DNA of 63,170 nt, counting the filler, from Polymyxa betae A26-41 (lineage: Eukaryota > Protista > Endomyxa: Phytomyxea), in NCBI GenBank assembly GCA_003693705.1. It is 5 parts of 5 records of this genome, joined end to end, with 100 filler letters (N's around TTAATTAATTAA, not from the genome) between each part and the next. Parts side by side here need not be neighbours in the genome. Positions count along the whole stretch, not along the records: positions 41,748 to 54,814 come from RBZT01000436.1; positions 54,915 to 63,170 come from RBZT01000166.1; 3 more parts are not named here. One strand, 5' to 3'. The first letter of the stretch is position 1; each line of letters starts with the position of its first letter. Positions 45,936 through 56,640 of the stretch are shown here, one piece after another. The translations under genes and the position numbers were made by a program. The notes below the pieces were generated by a model. It was not told the origin of the DNA. It saw nothing but the letters and a program-made list of their open reading frames with translations, and did not search any database.

Positions 45936-48345
45936 ATGATATGGAAGCTGATCACAAACCGATCAGATAGCCCTAGTCATATCCTATTGGCTGCGGTTAC
46001 AGCCTGCATTATCGTCAGTGCGATCGTTACCAATCAAGCCTTTCAGGCGAGGATCCCTATTGGACAGGTCGGTGTTTTAGCTCACGTTTCATGGTTCGTT
46101 ACGGTTAACGATACTTTCAATCTGTTTTTTTTCGGTATCTGCTTTAGCCTGGTTGATTGGGCTGCGCTTGTTTTCTCGTCTTTAGTTCACAGCATTGAAT
46201 CTGGCTCAGGACGATGGAATATCTTCTGATAACAACACAGAGCAACCTGAATCTCCTATGACACCATACAGGGGTCATGGGATATCTGATATCCTTCCAT
46301 CACAGGAACTGTTAGATTGTCATAATTTGGTTGAAAATGTCGCCGCATTATCAATTGAGTCCCGCGAAGATCACAATATTGAAGGTCAAGAAGCTCCGTC
46401 TCAGGACGCTGGCATTAGTTTACTGTCAGCAAGCGCCGATGTCATAGCTGACCATAGTACATGTTCTGACATACCGTCTGATGGTATCGTTAGACAGTCT
46501 CAGCCAGAACCTATTGTCATGTCCAATGTCGATCATAATGACGACAATCTCGACAGATACAAGCTTGCGTGGGAGCTCGGAAATTCCGTATTGATATCTG
46601 GCAACGATTCACACATCAAAACGGCCTCCGATCGTGTTGCGGACGTCAGCCTTTTGAATTGGTCCGAATATTTGGAATGTGAGACCAGCGAGTTTCTCAA
46701 CATAAGGCGGCCCCCATCTGCTAATGACTTTTCTATCAAGCTGTCCCGACCGATTCAAATGACAGAATCTAAGGTTACAGCTGCTGATGCTGATCCCAAT
46801 ATGGATTCGGGAGTCCAGACGGGTGAGTTAGGGTTTTAGGGTTTAAGTTCTCATCGTTGACCCTGCTTAGTTGCTTCTCTGACTGAGAGAGTGGACTGTG
46901 TAACAGTCACATCTCTGTCCGCAGACCCTACATGCGACCTCTCGCCTGATCACGTTACACCTGATTTCGTTGTAACGTATCCAGACTGTGGATGGGAACC
47001 AGTTGATGACGCGAGCGACTTTCGTGACGATATTTCACGGAAAGGTCGGAGTGGTTTACGTTTCTGGATTGCACTCGTTACTGACACGTTACTTGCAGAG
47101 ATCGAAATGCTTCTGGATGGACCGGATTGTCGTCTAACTGAAATCTTTCAAGTATATCTGCAATGTATTACTGTTATTATAGGATCACATCCGAGTCTAC
47201 ATCAACCTAATTGTGATCTCGGCATACTTCAAGATCTTCTATCTCAATTTATATCAACTGAATTAGTCCGTATTATCTGTTGGCAGATACCACACTTAAT
47301 CGATATGTATCGGTATGCGGCCTCCGCTCTCAGAAACGACCCACGAAATCGTCTCGCTCAAGACCCACCCTTACCGTTACCTTCGTTAACTCAGTATGAG
47401 CAGTCTCGGCGGTCACTTCATCGTTTGTACGAGACCGCCGTAGACAAGCATATCGAAGACATGCTGGCCCATCTGAGCAAGAACCAATTCATGGTAGCTA
47501 TCAATGTCGGCGCTAAGCACACCGAGCTGGTGGATTCCGTTCCAACTCCGGAATATATGCGGACGGTTCAGGGGACGTTGCCATTGGATCCGAGCTGGTG
47601 GAAGATACAGAGAGAAGTCGCTCGGAAACAATTGACTCGGTATACTCCGGACTCCGTACTCGACATGCCGTACCCGACCGCGACGCTGCCCGGCTTCAGT
47701 CACGGAAACGTTCTGAATCTCATTGTAGGTGCTGCTGTATAGTGATGGAGAGTTTTGGGTTTTCAGCCTCTGAGTAACGTTTCCACAGGAGAAGGACTAC
47801 GAGTGGCGCACATTTTTCAATGTTGAGAAGGATTTTGGACACTTATACGGTATCGTTGGCCAAACGTTTCAAAAACTCCGCATAACGCTGATCTGTTCTT
47901 AGATCGTATATTGGAATGCAGTCATATTATGCAGGCCCGTCTCGAATCCGACGAGTTCGCCTCAGTAGCAGATTTTATGGAGGCCGCACACGCCCAATGG
48001 CTTAGCATTCTATACGAAATTAAGACCGCTGTCATTGCCGAACTCATGAATTATATCAGCGTTCGGAACTCGTTACGATCGCCGAACGTGGTCATCCGTC
48101 GTCTGCAAACACAATGGGTGATCCGATCTTTACTGTTGCTTACGCTTGAGGAAGGAATGCGGGCCGCCTTGCGATGGTCGAACCAACATTGGCGTTTGCG
48201 CGGCAAAAACGTCAATCCGGATTATGTCTATTACGATCCTCCCATTATTCGTGGTGCATTCCAGCAGCACTTCGAACAGTTCATCGAATGGTGGAAAATG
48301 CTGTGTGTCGAACTGGATCAGTTTCATGCCTCCATCACGCTATAA
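45936..48345 (+). CDS. Five-exon hypothetical protein: N-terminal signal anchor, acidic region, helical C-terminal domain
   Basis: Exons 45936-46067, 46186-46822, 46871-47724, 47789-47849, 47903-48345 splice with GT-AG in a continuous frame linking four listed ORFs. Confidence 0.75.
46828..46845 (+). repeat. Intronic telomere-like tract abutting a splice donor
   Basis: GTGAG followed by TTAGGGTTTTAGGGTTTA. Confidence 0.8.
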
Positions 48346-48748
48346 CATAAACGCCCCATTTCTATTGGTATTTTCATATCATCAACTGTGTAGCACTGCG
48401 GAGAATACAGCCGAATCGAGCTCAGAAACACAATTATAATCAATACAAAGCCCGTTAACGATAAGATGCGAATTTTGGCGGAAAGATTCCGAAATCAGTA
48501 GTAGGAGGATCTTAGAAACAAAAATCAATATATTGTCAGGTTATCTCCTGATATCCTGTAACATTACGATTGGATTGGATTCGACTAGTTTGTTGGTAAC
48601 AAAGGGCGGTGCTGTATCCTGTAACATTACGAATCGGAGATATCCTGTCCAATGCAACACTGCAAATCTGGAACAACTGTATTAGAATCTAGGTAGGGGA
48701 TGTCGGATATCAGCGAGCTGATGTTATGAGATGTAATGAGCGTAATAG

Positions 48749-49123
48749 TGTTAGAAATCTGGAGCTGTAGGCAAAGGTCTGTTATAGGGATGGAGGCCGC
48801 GCTTTCTCTCAATTCAAGACGGACGGAATGGTCGGATTAATCCCTGAGATTTGAGAATTGGATTCCGTGGAGCCAGCGTTTCGGCGCGGATCTGTCGCGT
48901 TGCGGTCGATTTGGGGTGGATCGGTGGCGGCTGTCATAACGAGATCTAGGTGGATTGGGACACAAGAACCAAGTGAGGTTTTATATATATTCAGGACGCA
49001 GGACAGGTTGGGCTGCCAGCCCACGTGGCCATTTGTCAGCAGCCAGCCCCACAGTACGATGAAGGGTCACTGGGACCCCCGGCGCAGCCCGCTGCGGTTC
49101 CTAGGGTCAGCGCCACTCTAACA
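48749..49123 (-). mobile_element. Possible solo LTR (375 bp)
   Basis: TGTTAGA..TCTAACA perfect 7-bp inverted termini and an internal TATATATAAAA on the minus strand; no matching 5-bp TSD (AATAG versus AGATT). Confidence 0.4.
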
Positions 49124-49813
49124 AGATTGACCATCGATTAGTCAAACTTTGACTACCCATTCTGGGATTGATTGATTGATGAAGTGACGTTACGCACGTC
49201 GAACCTTTGATGCGAATAAAACGGCGTGAACTTAGTTACTACTGTTTGGAAACGTTACTCATAAGTAAATATGTATTCTTTAATTAAATCGGCAACGTCA
49301 TAAAATTACCCAGTTTGAGATCCGAGAAGCTCGAGATCGCCCTTACTGTGATTAGGGTTTGCGATCAGATTGTGGCAGAAAATTGGGACGGTCTGTGTCT
49401 CTGACCCGTCGGGGACTCCTCAACTGTCACATCCCAGCCCCTCGTCTTTGGACGCCATCTTGATTCGGACAGCCTGAGACTGACACGTCCTTCACGGCTC
49501 CTTCATCATGATCATGTTACGTTACGGGAAGTGCCGTCCCATACTGTTCGTGGTCATGGCCGGCTTCGTCATTATCGCACTTTGTATCGCTCTCATCGTT
49601 CTGGGAATAACATCCAAGTCCAAGGTAACATGATACGGACATTCAGTGGTTTATTTTTATTGCATTTTATGTTTCAAGGGGATTGATATTTCCGTTCTTT
49701 GTGCTGTGTGTCAATAATGAGTGTAGGAGAATAATGCCGCGGATCATAATAATGTCCAACAGCATCAAGTAGCTTCCGAACCAAACATTGAACAAGTGGA
49801 AGTTCTAACAGAG

Positions 49814-50900
49814 GACTGCAGTAGTCCGAAATCAGTTTCTGATCCATCTTCAAATATGATCAGAGTGAATCCACGGAAGTCATCAAAGAAATCAATGAAC
49901 CTTATTCGGTGATCATTGACTCGAAATCAGTGACGGATCCTGTTACAAGCTTTTCGATACTGCAGATTCATCAATGCTCAATGACAGGTCCGTACAGCTG
50001 CCGTTCATGGCTCTGTGATTCACTGATATTCCGAAATCTGACTCCAGCAAACGTCCAAATCGGATATACGATACCGCAGCCTGTTGCAAAGATGACAGTG
50101 AACCCGTGGAAGCCATCCATGAGGTCAATGAACATGATTCGACGCCGACAGATTCGGAAATCCGTGACGGACCCGAGTGCGGGCTTTCCGCTACAGCAAC
50201 TTTGCCAATAATCGATGACAGGTCGGTTCGGCTGCCGTTGATTATTCTTTCATTAACCGATAATTGCAGTATTCCAAAACCAGATTCGGATGCATGTCCA
50301 AACCCGACACACGATACCACATCATGTTACAAAGATGACAGTGAACCCATAGAAACAAATCATGATGTCATTGAACATAATTTGTTGCCGAATGATTCGG
50401 AAATCCGTGACGGACCCGGTTATGGGCTTCCCGATGCAGCTCCTTCATCGATGTTAGATGAAAGGTCCGTTTTGCTGCAGTTGATTACTTTCTAAATACC
50501 GTAACTTTTGATTGCAGTATTCCTAAACCAGATTCGGATACAAGTTCAAGTCCGGCAAACGATACCACATCATGTTACAAGGATAACAGTGAATCCGTGG
50601 AAACCGATCATGATGTCATTCAACATGATTCGTCACCGGATGAGTCCGAAATCTGTGACGGACCCGCAGCTCCTTCATCAATGCTTAATGACAGGTCGGC
50701 TCGGCTGCCGTTGATGACTTTTTAATTAACTGATAACTGCAGTAATCCTAAATCAGATTCGGATTCGTGTCCACATACGGTACACGATACCACAACATGT
50801 TACAGTGACCCGGTGGAAATCATCCATGATGTCAATGAGCATGATGCGGCGCCGACTGATTCGGAAATCCGTGACGGACCCGATTTTCCGGATATATCAT
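49814..50900 (+). repeat. Degenerate 205-250 bp tandem repeat, about 5 copies
   Basis: Unit starts near 49814, 50020, 50262, 50510 and 50735 (TGCAGTATTCC.AAACCAGATTCGGAT..CGATACCACA.CATGTTAC..GATTCGGAAATCCGTGACGGACCCG). Confidence 0.85.
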
Positions 50901-51285
50901 CTTTTCCAATATTCGATGACTTGTCACCCGTGGACGAATCGAAAACATCGCTGAAAGATTCCTCACAGGACTTGCTGAAATATATCATGAAATGGAATGA
51001 ATCGAGGATGCAGAGGACGCCGCATTCATAACATAGGAGGCCACGCCGACTGAGACGGACCAGCCTGCGACTGCTGAAACATTATTCGATACACTGGAAG
51101 TTCTAATCAACGGGTTACAATGGCGTGGTGGACTTCCAATGGTAACCACCTTCCTCTGTAAAGAACTACACGACGTGGGAGTGCCGTGCCATTTATTCCA
51201 GCTTCAATCGCCGGATAATAGACAGACAGCGTCCACCTCCATCAAGAATCTATTCAAATCCCAATATGCAGGTCGGAAAGTTTTC

Positions 51286-51304
51286 AGGGTTTAGGGTTTT
51301 GGGT
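51286..51304 (+). repeat. Intronic telomere-like tract
   Basis: AGGGTTTAGGGTTTTGGGT. Confidence 0.7.
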
Positions 51305-53509
51305 CTGGGAAGGGTTTCCATGCCGCTGATCTTCAGTGACTTCTCACATTGACATTTTCGTTACAGATCAAGTCCCGACATCATCCAGTTTGCTTATGTT
51401 ACAACTTGCTGATGACAATCGATTTAGTTCGCAGATCTCGTCCAGTGCCCATGTTCAAGTTGGGGGCTCCAAATTCCGGCTCGGATTTGTGATCTGTGAG
51501 CCGCAACCCGGCCATTACGTTACGTATGCGTCTCGCGGTGATATTCGTCAGAAATGGATCAAGGACAATGGTCGCGATCTCACTTATGTGAAATTCAGCA
51601 AGGTCAGGTCCCAATCTGCTTTCTGCTCTCGCCTTCTCGTCTATTACGATGCCGGGATATCGGATCCGACACCGAGGCCAGTACGACCGGAAGGTTTCCC
51701 GCCCTCGACATAATCAATGTAGTGCGTGTATGAATGTTGATTTCTAAATATCAAGTAAAGCGGCACTTTTCCTTCTGTTTCTGTATCGTATTGATTATGT
51801 GTGTGTCTGTCGATGGGTAGTAATATTATAGCGATCTATTAAGCAACTCCTGTTGAGAAACATCTCAAACTTCTATAGTCCGATCAAATCATCATTCGCT
51901 AAGATCACTGTCTGTCTCCACTGCCAATTCTCGGTAGAATGCCACCACCAACCACTGGCTCATAAATCTGGCAGTTTCCTTCACGAACATGCCAAACGTA
52001 ATGAAAAGCCAGCCGTGGACTACAGGGAAGTTAAACTCAAGCTGGGGTTCATTGGCGACAATTAAATGCTGAAACCTTTCAGAAGTAATGTTACCAATCA
52101 ACAATGTTTCTGCTTTACATCCGTCCTGACAGGATCGGCCTCTGGGCTCGACAGCGCGGGAGCTGCCTCTTCATAATCTTCATTCTTCAGCCATCAGGAG
52201 GCTCCACGGTCGTGGCCTGTTCAATTGGGTTTCGAGAGGTTCCGCCTCTGTTTGTGGGTCGCTCGCAAAATCACAGCCCCGATCGAATCCCGTTACGAAA
52301 TGGACATAAAACCGTAGAACACCAAAATCAGGACATCATGATACAGATGGACTACACAAATCCATAACTAAATCGATTACGAACAGGTCATTCTCAAGCC
52401 CGAAATTATCTTAAGAACCTTGTGAGGGAATTAGAAGATTCATGTCGTCATGGCTGTCGAATAAGATCGCTACTGGAGCTGATGTCACAAGAACAAGAAT
52501 CATAACAAAGTGAAGTTTCGATCTATTCAGACCCGAAGGAGAAGATTACCGGAGCTGGCCTCGGCGTAAATGCGGACTGGATGGTTTTGACAGCAATGCC
52601 GAGTTGCGCGAGCCGTGATAGATCCGGTGAATTCTGAAAAAATATATAATTATTGAACAATTGTACCCGAGATACAGAAACTATCAACTCGTAAAGTACA
52701 AAAAATTGAAGAAACTCATCAAAAGCATTACGAGAAGAATACGCCCAGATAAGGATCACAGACTTTATCACAGAACTTTATCTACAAGTGCAATTCATGA
52801 CCAACTTTCCAACAGCAGCATACAGATGTTATTATAACTGAAGATAGATGGTGAGCTGGGGCAATAATCAGGGGAATCTTAGAGGGAAAGAATACAGGTT
52901 TCAAGTCCTTGTAGGATTAGGCGGGTGCCTATCATAGATTCGAAGGTCTCCTCTACGGCTGAAATGTCCCATCAACAGTGTTATTTTGTAATTTAAAACG
53001 GAAGTAGCGAATATCCCGCTGAAATATACCCCCGCAAAGTGCAAGCCCGAGCACAATTTTGTATGAGGCTCCAAAGGGGTATATGCTTTCGGTGTAGACA
53101 GCATTTAAAAATCAATCCTAAAGCTGTAATAGACCTTTCATCTCTACAACTTTATGGGTAGTGGTAGAACCACCTTTACAATATCCAGAGCTAGCAAAGA
53201 GTAGCTGAGGCATTTTAGCAAGACTGGAGAAAGCGACCGTTGCGAGGTACGGACTTCAGCGAAGCCAAATCCGGCAATTAAAGATGAAATTAACTGGTAC
53301 AAATACATGCTCGACCCACTAAGTCCGGACCTAAGAATGCCTCGATACCAACTGGGAAGGCAGTTTTTCTTGGAACCGCTGTCAAATCCTCCGTTGAGTC
53401 CGAAGCATTGACCCGAAAGGGGCACAGTGTGAGCCGAAGTGTCCACAGTGATTCAGTCTAAATATGGAAAGGGATCAGAGGCCGGAGCTTCCCAAGCCAT
53501 GTACATCTC

Positions 53510-54785
53510 ATTAATGAAGATTTGATCTGAGAGTTTACCATCTCTTGCCGTTGAGTCGAAGAAATTCCAGCAATAAAAGCGCTATGAGTGAAGGCAAATG
53601 ACCATTTTTGTTGTTTAGCTTGGAGGAGCTTTAAATATTCTCGCGCTTCTGGCCAGTTTTCTTCCATTAACTCAAAGCTTTCCTTGTACTCGTCTACATC
53701 TTCAATGGAGCTAACAGACCAAAATTCCTTTACGAAATCATTCAAACGAGATCGTAACGTTCCTGCTAGCGCCTTGGTGATGTTCTGCGCAATATGAAAT
53801 CTGCACAGAAAATGCTTTGCCTCTACCCACACTGTCCGAATTGCGCGAGCCAATTCGTGATCACCGTCTGTAAATATCACTGTCGGAGCTCGTAGAGTAA
53901 ACTTATGAAAGTGCTGCAAAGCCCACTGATATGATTCGAGCTTTTTATTTGAGACTAGACATCTCCGACCAATACTGTGATTCCATGATTGTCTACAATG
54001 GTAAACAGAATCAAAGGCATCCCAAATCGGTTCGTCTTGTACGTGGCGTCGATTTCCAGCACGTCATGAAAATACCGATACTTTTCCAGACCATTCTTGG
54101 ACATCCAGATAATTCTCTCCAGTCGTAAAGTTTCTTCATTGTGGTATATAGAAACATCCCATCCGTTTGACTTCTTGCTGTTCAAAAGCTCTACAAACTC
54201 TTGAGTTTCGTGTTTTCTATTGACATGTGCCTGAATCAAATTTTGAACGTCTCTCGCCGTCCAAGTTACTTTCACATCGGGGAAATGAACCTTCTCAATG
54301 AGGACCATTATTTGTTGACAGGTCAGAATCCCATGATCGTTAAGCTCCATGATTTGTTGACGGACATCCTCCGGAATAAACCGGTTTTGAGGTAGCATTT
54401 CAAGCTCCTCGTCAGAAAAAAGTTGATGATTGTGTTCGCTCAGCAGTTTGTAGACCTCATACCTAAAATCGTCCTTCATACGCTTTAAATTAACAGAGAA
54501 CGGGCAGTTGCATTTTGACGAAGATGATTCCCTTTGAAATTCTTTTGACACTTTAGACTCTTTTTTCTTGTAGACTCCCGAGCGAAAACACATAAAGGTT
54601 ACATATTTTCCGTCGTGTGTACTGGTTTTTTTAACAGGGCACTTAGAGAAGCTTTGAATCGCGTCTTTGGCCTCATTAATATCCTTAAACACGGTTCCAG
54701 GGCAAAGGTCGCCGGAACAGGAGACAACAACTGGGGAATAAAAATCCTCTTTCGAATATCCAATATCTTCCGAATCTGCCGGCAT
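53510..54785 (-). mobile_element. Mutator/MULE (FAR1-type) transposase, frameshifted and 3'-truncated
   Basis: FMCFRSG..SSKCNCPF..HNH (FAR1/WRKY-like DNA-binding domain); DATYKTNRFGMPL; frameshift at ~53955; IFTDGD, CRFHIAQN, STQRQEMVNSQIK; homology stops at ~53510. Confidence 0.92.
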
Positions 54786-54814
54786 TATATCAAGAACGGT
54801 AGGGCCAGATTGCA

Positions 54815-54914
54815 NNNNNNNNNNNNNNNNNNNNNNNNNNNNNNNNNNNNNNNNNNNNTTAATTAATTAANNNNNNNNNNNNNNNNNNNNNNNNNNNNNN
54901 NNNNNNNNNNNNNN
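54815..54914. other. Artificial contig linker
   Basis: N44-TTAATTAATTAA-N44. Confidence 0.97.
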
Positions 54915-56640
54915 ATCAGGTACGTAATCTCGCCTCCCGAAATATTCACGAACGCTGTTTGAAGCTATATCACGAACATGTACAACCACCTCTTGCTGCA
55001 TTCCAAACCATCTCCGATCCGGTATGAAATCCCTTCCGAAATGATATTCTGATCTCTTATGTTTAATACAGATGCGACCAGAAAAGTTCAAAATCAACCT
55101 GTGAGCCTGTATTGATTTCCCATTGACACATTGATCATAATACGCATTCTTACATCAGAATGATTCTGTGCGCCCTGCTGTATTCGACTGGATCTGGCGT
55201 GTTATTTCCCCATTCAGCCAAATTAAGGTGGTGTTCATGATTGTTCATTCATTTACAGAGTTTACTGTAGGTTCTTTCGGACTCATTATTTCCCGTTTTC
55301 TTTTATTGATGATTTCTGTTTTCACGCTCCAGATTGCTGATTAATACGCTCTAGGATTACCTCTTGGAACAGTTCTGGAATCCATCAGATATGCGGCAGA
55401 ATCGTGTACTATGGACAATGTTGATTATCGCTGCATTGCTACCAACATTTGTCCCTTCATTATGGACGGTTCACGCCATATCCACCGCCGTCGCTATTGG
55501 CTTGCTCAGCGTTTTCGTGATCGCTCTTGTCTTCTGGGTCAGATTGGTTGAATATGAGGTTCGTTTCTTTTGAGTTCTGGTTTTACTACTTTCGGTATCC
55601 AGATTGTCATCTGTCGCTGTTTGCTCTCATTGACTGATAGGTGTTTACCTCCATTTGTTCAAAATTGAAGTTGCCAATTCAGGGTCTGATTCCGGGTATG
55701 GCTTCTTCCATTGTTGTTTCTCTCTTCCTATACGTGCCCTTCTATATAATTCCTTTATGGGCCAAGCATTATCTGCCTTCAGCAATGAGTATCAGTTTAA
55801 TCACTGCATATTGCCTCTTTTTTTATACTTTGTCATTATGCTGCCATGAATAAACGAAAAGCTAGATTCCAGGCTCGAACTGGAAAGAGGATATTTTATA
55901 ATGATTTATAGCAAGATAATTGTATGTCTCCTGAGCGAATATCATAGGCTTTCTCTTCAACCTCCATAAACTACAGCTTTCTTTTAAACTAACTATCGAA
56001 TGAGTGACAAAATGGGTTCTCTGCACGTTTGGCGACGAATGCGAAACGCGACCTACAGAAGCCGCCAGACTCAGGCCTTGCCGGCCCCGCCTATAGGATC
56101 TGAAAGCTGTCGCTAACAGCAGATCTCGGTAGCGACAATCGTCATCGTCTCCATTTCAGAACACGAATAGAGACGTTCTCAGAGGCTGCGCCTAGTATGG
56201 AATGTGTCATGACACTTCAATGACTTATTTCCACTGTGCTATAAATATCGACTTTGCACAGAGCAGAGGGCTGCTGCATATAGTTGCGGTCACCCTTATC
56301 TGAGAGGCGGCCAGGTGCTGTAGGTGCGCGGGCTGCGCCCATACATATTTAAACCCTGACGCTTCCCCTTCTGACAGTGGAACTGGTAAGAGAGGGTGCG
56401 TCTCTCTCACATTTATCATCTCGCGTGATGCCGCTCCCGTCGATTGCCAAGCCAAAGATGGCAGTGGCTGTCATGATAGCAGCGGTTCTCTCGTCAGCGT
56501 GGGCTGCCGAGGATCTTCTCTTGCGTTTCTCGTCATTATCTCTTAGACCGAGAACCTCATTCGATGATTTACGGAAGCATGCCGTTGGGCTTCTTGCTAC
56601 GTCAGCGTTTTATTTTTACTGTTGTTGCAATTACGCTTTC
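54915..56640 (+). repeat. Left arm of a diverged inverted duplication
   Basis: Starts ATCAGGTACGTAATCTCGCCTCC, the exact reverse complement of the window end; colinear similarity continues to ~56640. Confidence 0.92.
55100..55853 (+). pseudogene. Multi-pass membrane protein fragment with stops and frameshifts (left copy)
   Basis: LEQFWNPSDMRQNRVLWTMLIIAALLPTFVPSLW.. and LPIQGLIPG..IIPLWAKHYLPS; in-frame stops relative to the right copy. Confidence 0.6.

Larger units (their letters stand above)
49508..51713 (+). pseudogene. Paralog of 43157-44713: signal anchor, long acidic tandem repeats, USP His-box-like C-terminus; several stops and frameshifts
   Basis: Exon 1 MIMLRYGKCRPILFVVMAGFVIIALCIALIVLG then GTAACA donor; STSIKNLFKSQYA|intron at the same position as STSTKQLVQSARK| in the paralog; FRLGFVICEPQPGHYVTYASRG..KWIKDNG..RLLVYY. 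Confidence 0.6.

Noticed and set aside
52540-53505. Possible LTR or GIY-YIG insertion truncating the MULE
   Set aside because: A TGTACA start is seen but no matching end or TSD; GVYF has no second YIG motif.
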